From Narcine bancroftii (lineage: Eukaryota), in NCBI RefSeq assembly GCF_036971445.1, contig NC_091470.1, positions 240,560,001-240,624,000 of the forward strand: 64,000 nucleotides of DNA, in the 5' to 3' direction. The notes under the pieces were generated by a model. The model was given only the letters and a program-made list of their open reading frames with translations, had not been told where the DNA came from and searched no databases. The stretch's first letter is position 1, and every line of letters begins with the position of its first letter. Position numbers and translations under genes: made by a program. Below are positions 61,344 to 64,000 of this stretch, in pieces.

Positions 61344-63630
61344 ATGAATAGTTTAAATTTTGCAACTTTTAATGTTAAGGGTTTAAATCATCCAATAAAA
61401 AGGAAGCGTGTTTTGGATTACATTAAGAAGTTAAAAGTAGATATTGCATTCTTGCAAGAAACTCATTTGACAGTAAAAGAACATTTGAAATTGAAAAGGG
61501 ACTGGGTAGGACATGTAATCTTTTATTCATACAATTCTAAAGCCAGAGGGGTGGCAATTCTGGTAAACAAAAAAATCTTTTACTTTGGATTCTTTTTCTG
61601 TTAATGCTCGAAGAATGATATTAGTTAATCATAAGATTTTTTTTCTGAAAGTTGGATATTAATGAATGTTTATACACCAAATGAAGACGATCAAGCATTT
61701 ATTTTGGATGTATTCTTGAATTTGAATCAGTCAAATGGAAATATACTGGTAGGAGGAGATTTTAATTGTTGTTTGGATCCTTTGTTGGATAAATCTCCCA
61801 AAATTGTTAAAAGAACAAAAATGGCAAAAAGACTGCTTGAGATGATGAATGATTTTAATTGAGTGGAAATTTGGAGGAAGTTAAATCCAACTGAGAAAGA
61901 CTATTCTTTTTATTTAGCTCGACATAATTCCTTTTCTATAATAGATTTATTTTTGATTTCTGCATATTTACAAAGTAGATTTAATTTTGCAGAATATAAA
62001 ATTAGGTTATTGTCAGATCATTCCTTATTGTTAGTTAAATATTTAGGTACTGAAGTAACTGAGACAGCTTATAGTTGGAGGTTTAATGAGATGTTATTGA
62101 AGAGACCAGATTTTGTTAAGTATATGAGAGAACAAATTATTTTTTATTTACAAATGAATAATAATTCAGTTCAGAGTAAATTTATTTTGTGGGATGCTTT
62201 TAAAGCATATTTGCGGGGACAAATTATTAGTTATACAGCAAAAATTAAAAAAACAGTATTTATTAGGAAGTTTAAATATGGAAAAGAAAATTGAAAATTT
62301 GGAGAAAAAATATCTTTTTCAATCTATTCTGTGTGTAGTTCCAAAATATTTTTTAAGGAAATAAATAGTTATTAGATTATTTTTATGGCAAGGTAAATTA
62401 GCAAGGGTTTCTTTATAAAAGTTGACTTGGCATTATGAGTTAGGTGGTTTGCAATTACCAAGTTTTTATAATTATTATGAGGCAGCTCAGTTGAAGTTTA
62501 TTAATAGGTTATTTGATGCTGATCAATCCCCGAGGTGGGCAAAGATAGAGATGGATCAGATTATGGAAAATAATATTACTCATTTCATTTATAAATGGAA
62601 CCCTATATTGTTACAAGAATTTAAATTACCTGTTTTACAACATATAATGAATATTTGGTATAATCGAGATTTAAGTATAGGCTCTAAAGGGATAGTTTCT
62701 ATAAAATCTCCACCATATCAAAATAAATTAATTCCTTTTTCATTATATAATCCATATTTGAAAGATTGGGAAAGTAAAGGAATAGTTAATGTTATAAAGA
62801 TTGTTTTGAGGCAGGGAGACTTTGTTTGTTTAAAAGGCTACAGGAAAGATATGGTATTGAGTCAAAGTCATTGTTTGTTTATTATCAGCTTCGAGATTTT
62901 TTGAAGAAGAATTATGGACAGGAAATCATTTTAACAGGTCAAACAAAATTTGAATTATTAATTGTAGATAAAGTCGTAAAAGGTTTTATTTCGGATATGT
63001 ATAAGTTGTTGCAGGGGAAAAAGTAAATATATATCAAGTTAAAAAGGAATGGGAAAATGATTTAAATATTGATTTGACATGGGAAGAATGGTCAAAAATG
63101 TGTGTTGATAGTGTTACCAAATTAATTAATGTGAGAGATAGTATGGTTAATTACAATTTTTTTTACATCAATTATATTCAACTCCTGAGAAATTAAAAAC
63201 ATGGATTTAGTTTAACAGATTTATGTTTTAGATGGAGAGAGCAGAGGGGTACTTTTGTACATTCAGTTTGGTCGTGTAAGAAAATTAAGCATTTTTGGGA
63301 GGAAGTTATAACATTTTTGAGAGATTTGTTCAAAATGGATATTCGATTGGATCCCAAGTTGTGTTTATTGGGTTATGTTATAATGTTCCATTTGTAAATT
63401 CATGAATGTCTAAACCATATTTAGCCTTTTTAAGATTAAGGTTAGCCGTAGTGAGAAAATGTATAGCTATTACGTGGAAGAATGAAGTAAAATTAAACTT
63501 GCGTAGATGGCATAATGAATTGCAGTCTTATTTATATTTAGAAAATATAACATAACGTTAGAAATAATTATTCTTTTTTATTGATATGTGGGGTTTATAT
63601 ATGAAATATATGTCTATAGAAATTAAATAA
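61344..63630 (+). pseudogene. L1 ORF2 relic: endonuclease and C-terminus, RT core missing
   Basis: NVKGLNHPIKRK...FLQETHL, VGGDFNCCLDP, SIIDLFL...LSDHS; it jumps at about 62310 to YLFQSI...LGGLQLP; C-terminal C..C/H.VWSC relic. Confidence 0.9.
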
Positions 63631-63784
63631 ATGTTGTGAAGTTGGCACACCAATCAGAGATTAATACTTTTTTTATATACAAGGCTCTGGGGGGGGGGGG
63701 GGAAGGGGGGTGTTGGGTTTTTTTCTTTGGGGTTTTTTGTGTTAGTAAGGGGGGAGGGGATGTAGTTTATAGTTTTTTTAAAAA

Positions 63785-64000
63785 AGAAAGATATGGAAGA
63801 TTATCAGGTTATAAAATAAATGAGGACAAGAGTGAGATAATGCAATTGAAAATTTTTGATTATGAAAGACATGAAAAAGCCAACAGATTTAAATTGAAGA
63901 CAGATGGAATCAAATATGTTGGAAAAATGACAATAATTTACAGAACTTGCATAAATGTAATTACATGTCTCTTTTAGAAAAAAAATTTACAGAAATGGAA
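63785..64000 (+). mobile_element. L1 ORF2 RT fragment (late RT subdomains), runs off the window
   Basis: ERYGRLSGYKINEDKSEIM...GIKYVG. Confidence 0.8.

Overview
This is eukaryotic, repeat-dense genomic DNA. The mix of CR1, Rex1/Babar, Penelope, L1, RTE, tRNA-head SINEs and Gypsy LTRs suggests a vertebrate, probably a cartilaginous fish (inference). I cannot identify an intact host gene. Unique stretches look A-rich on +, and there are scattered minus-strand exon-like segments, which fits an intronic region of a minus-strand gene. Main structures: (1) a TSD-bounded RTE LINE (18287-22533, -) with a 169-bp CpG-rich monomer array at its 5' end and a single 1-bp frameshift; (2) two divergent L1 copies that have only 5'UTR, ORF1 and spacer, one flanked by a 15-bp TSD; (3) an 8.7-kb hAT/Charlie element (28361-37097, 8-bp TSD) holding a twin-primed 5'-inverted L1, Tigger-like MITEs, a solo LTR, a Helitron-like end, a BEL/Pao pol relic and an 84-bp-arm inverted repeat; (4) a Gypsy 3' end, several solo LTRs, two Harbinger-type MITEs and many old LINE fragments. 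There is no CRISPR array or other prokaryotic system. Boundaries of decayed fragments are approximate.
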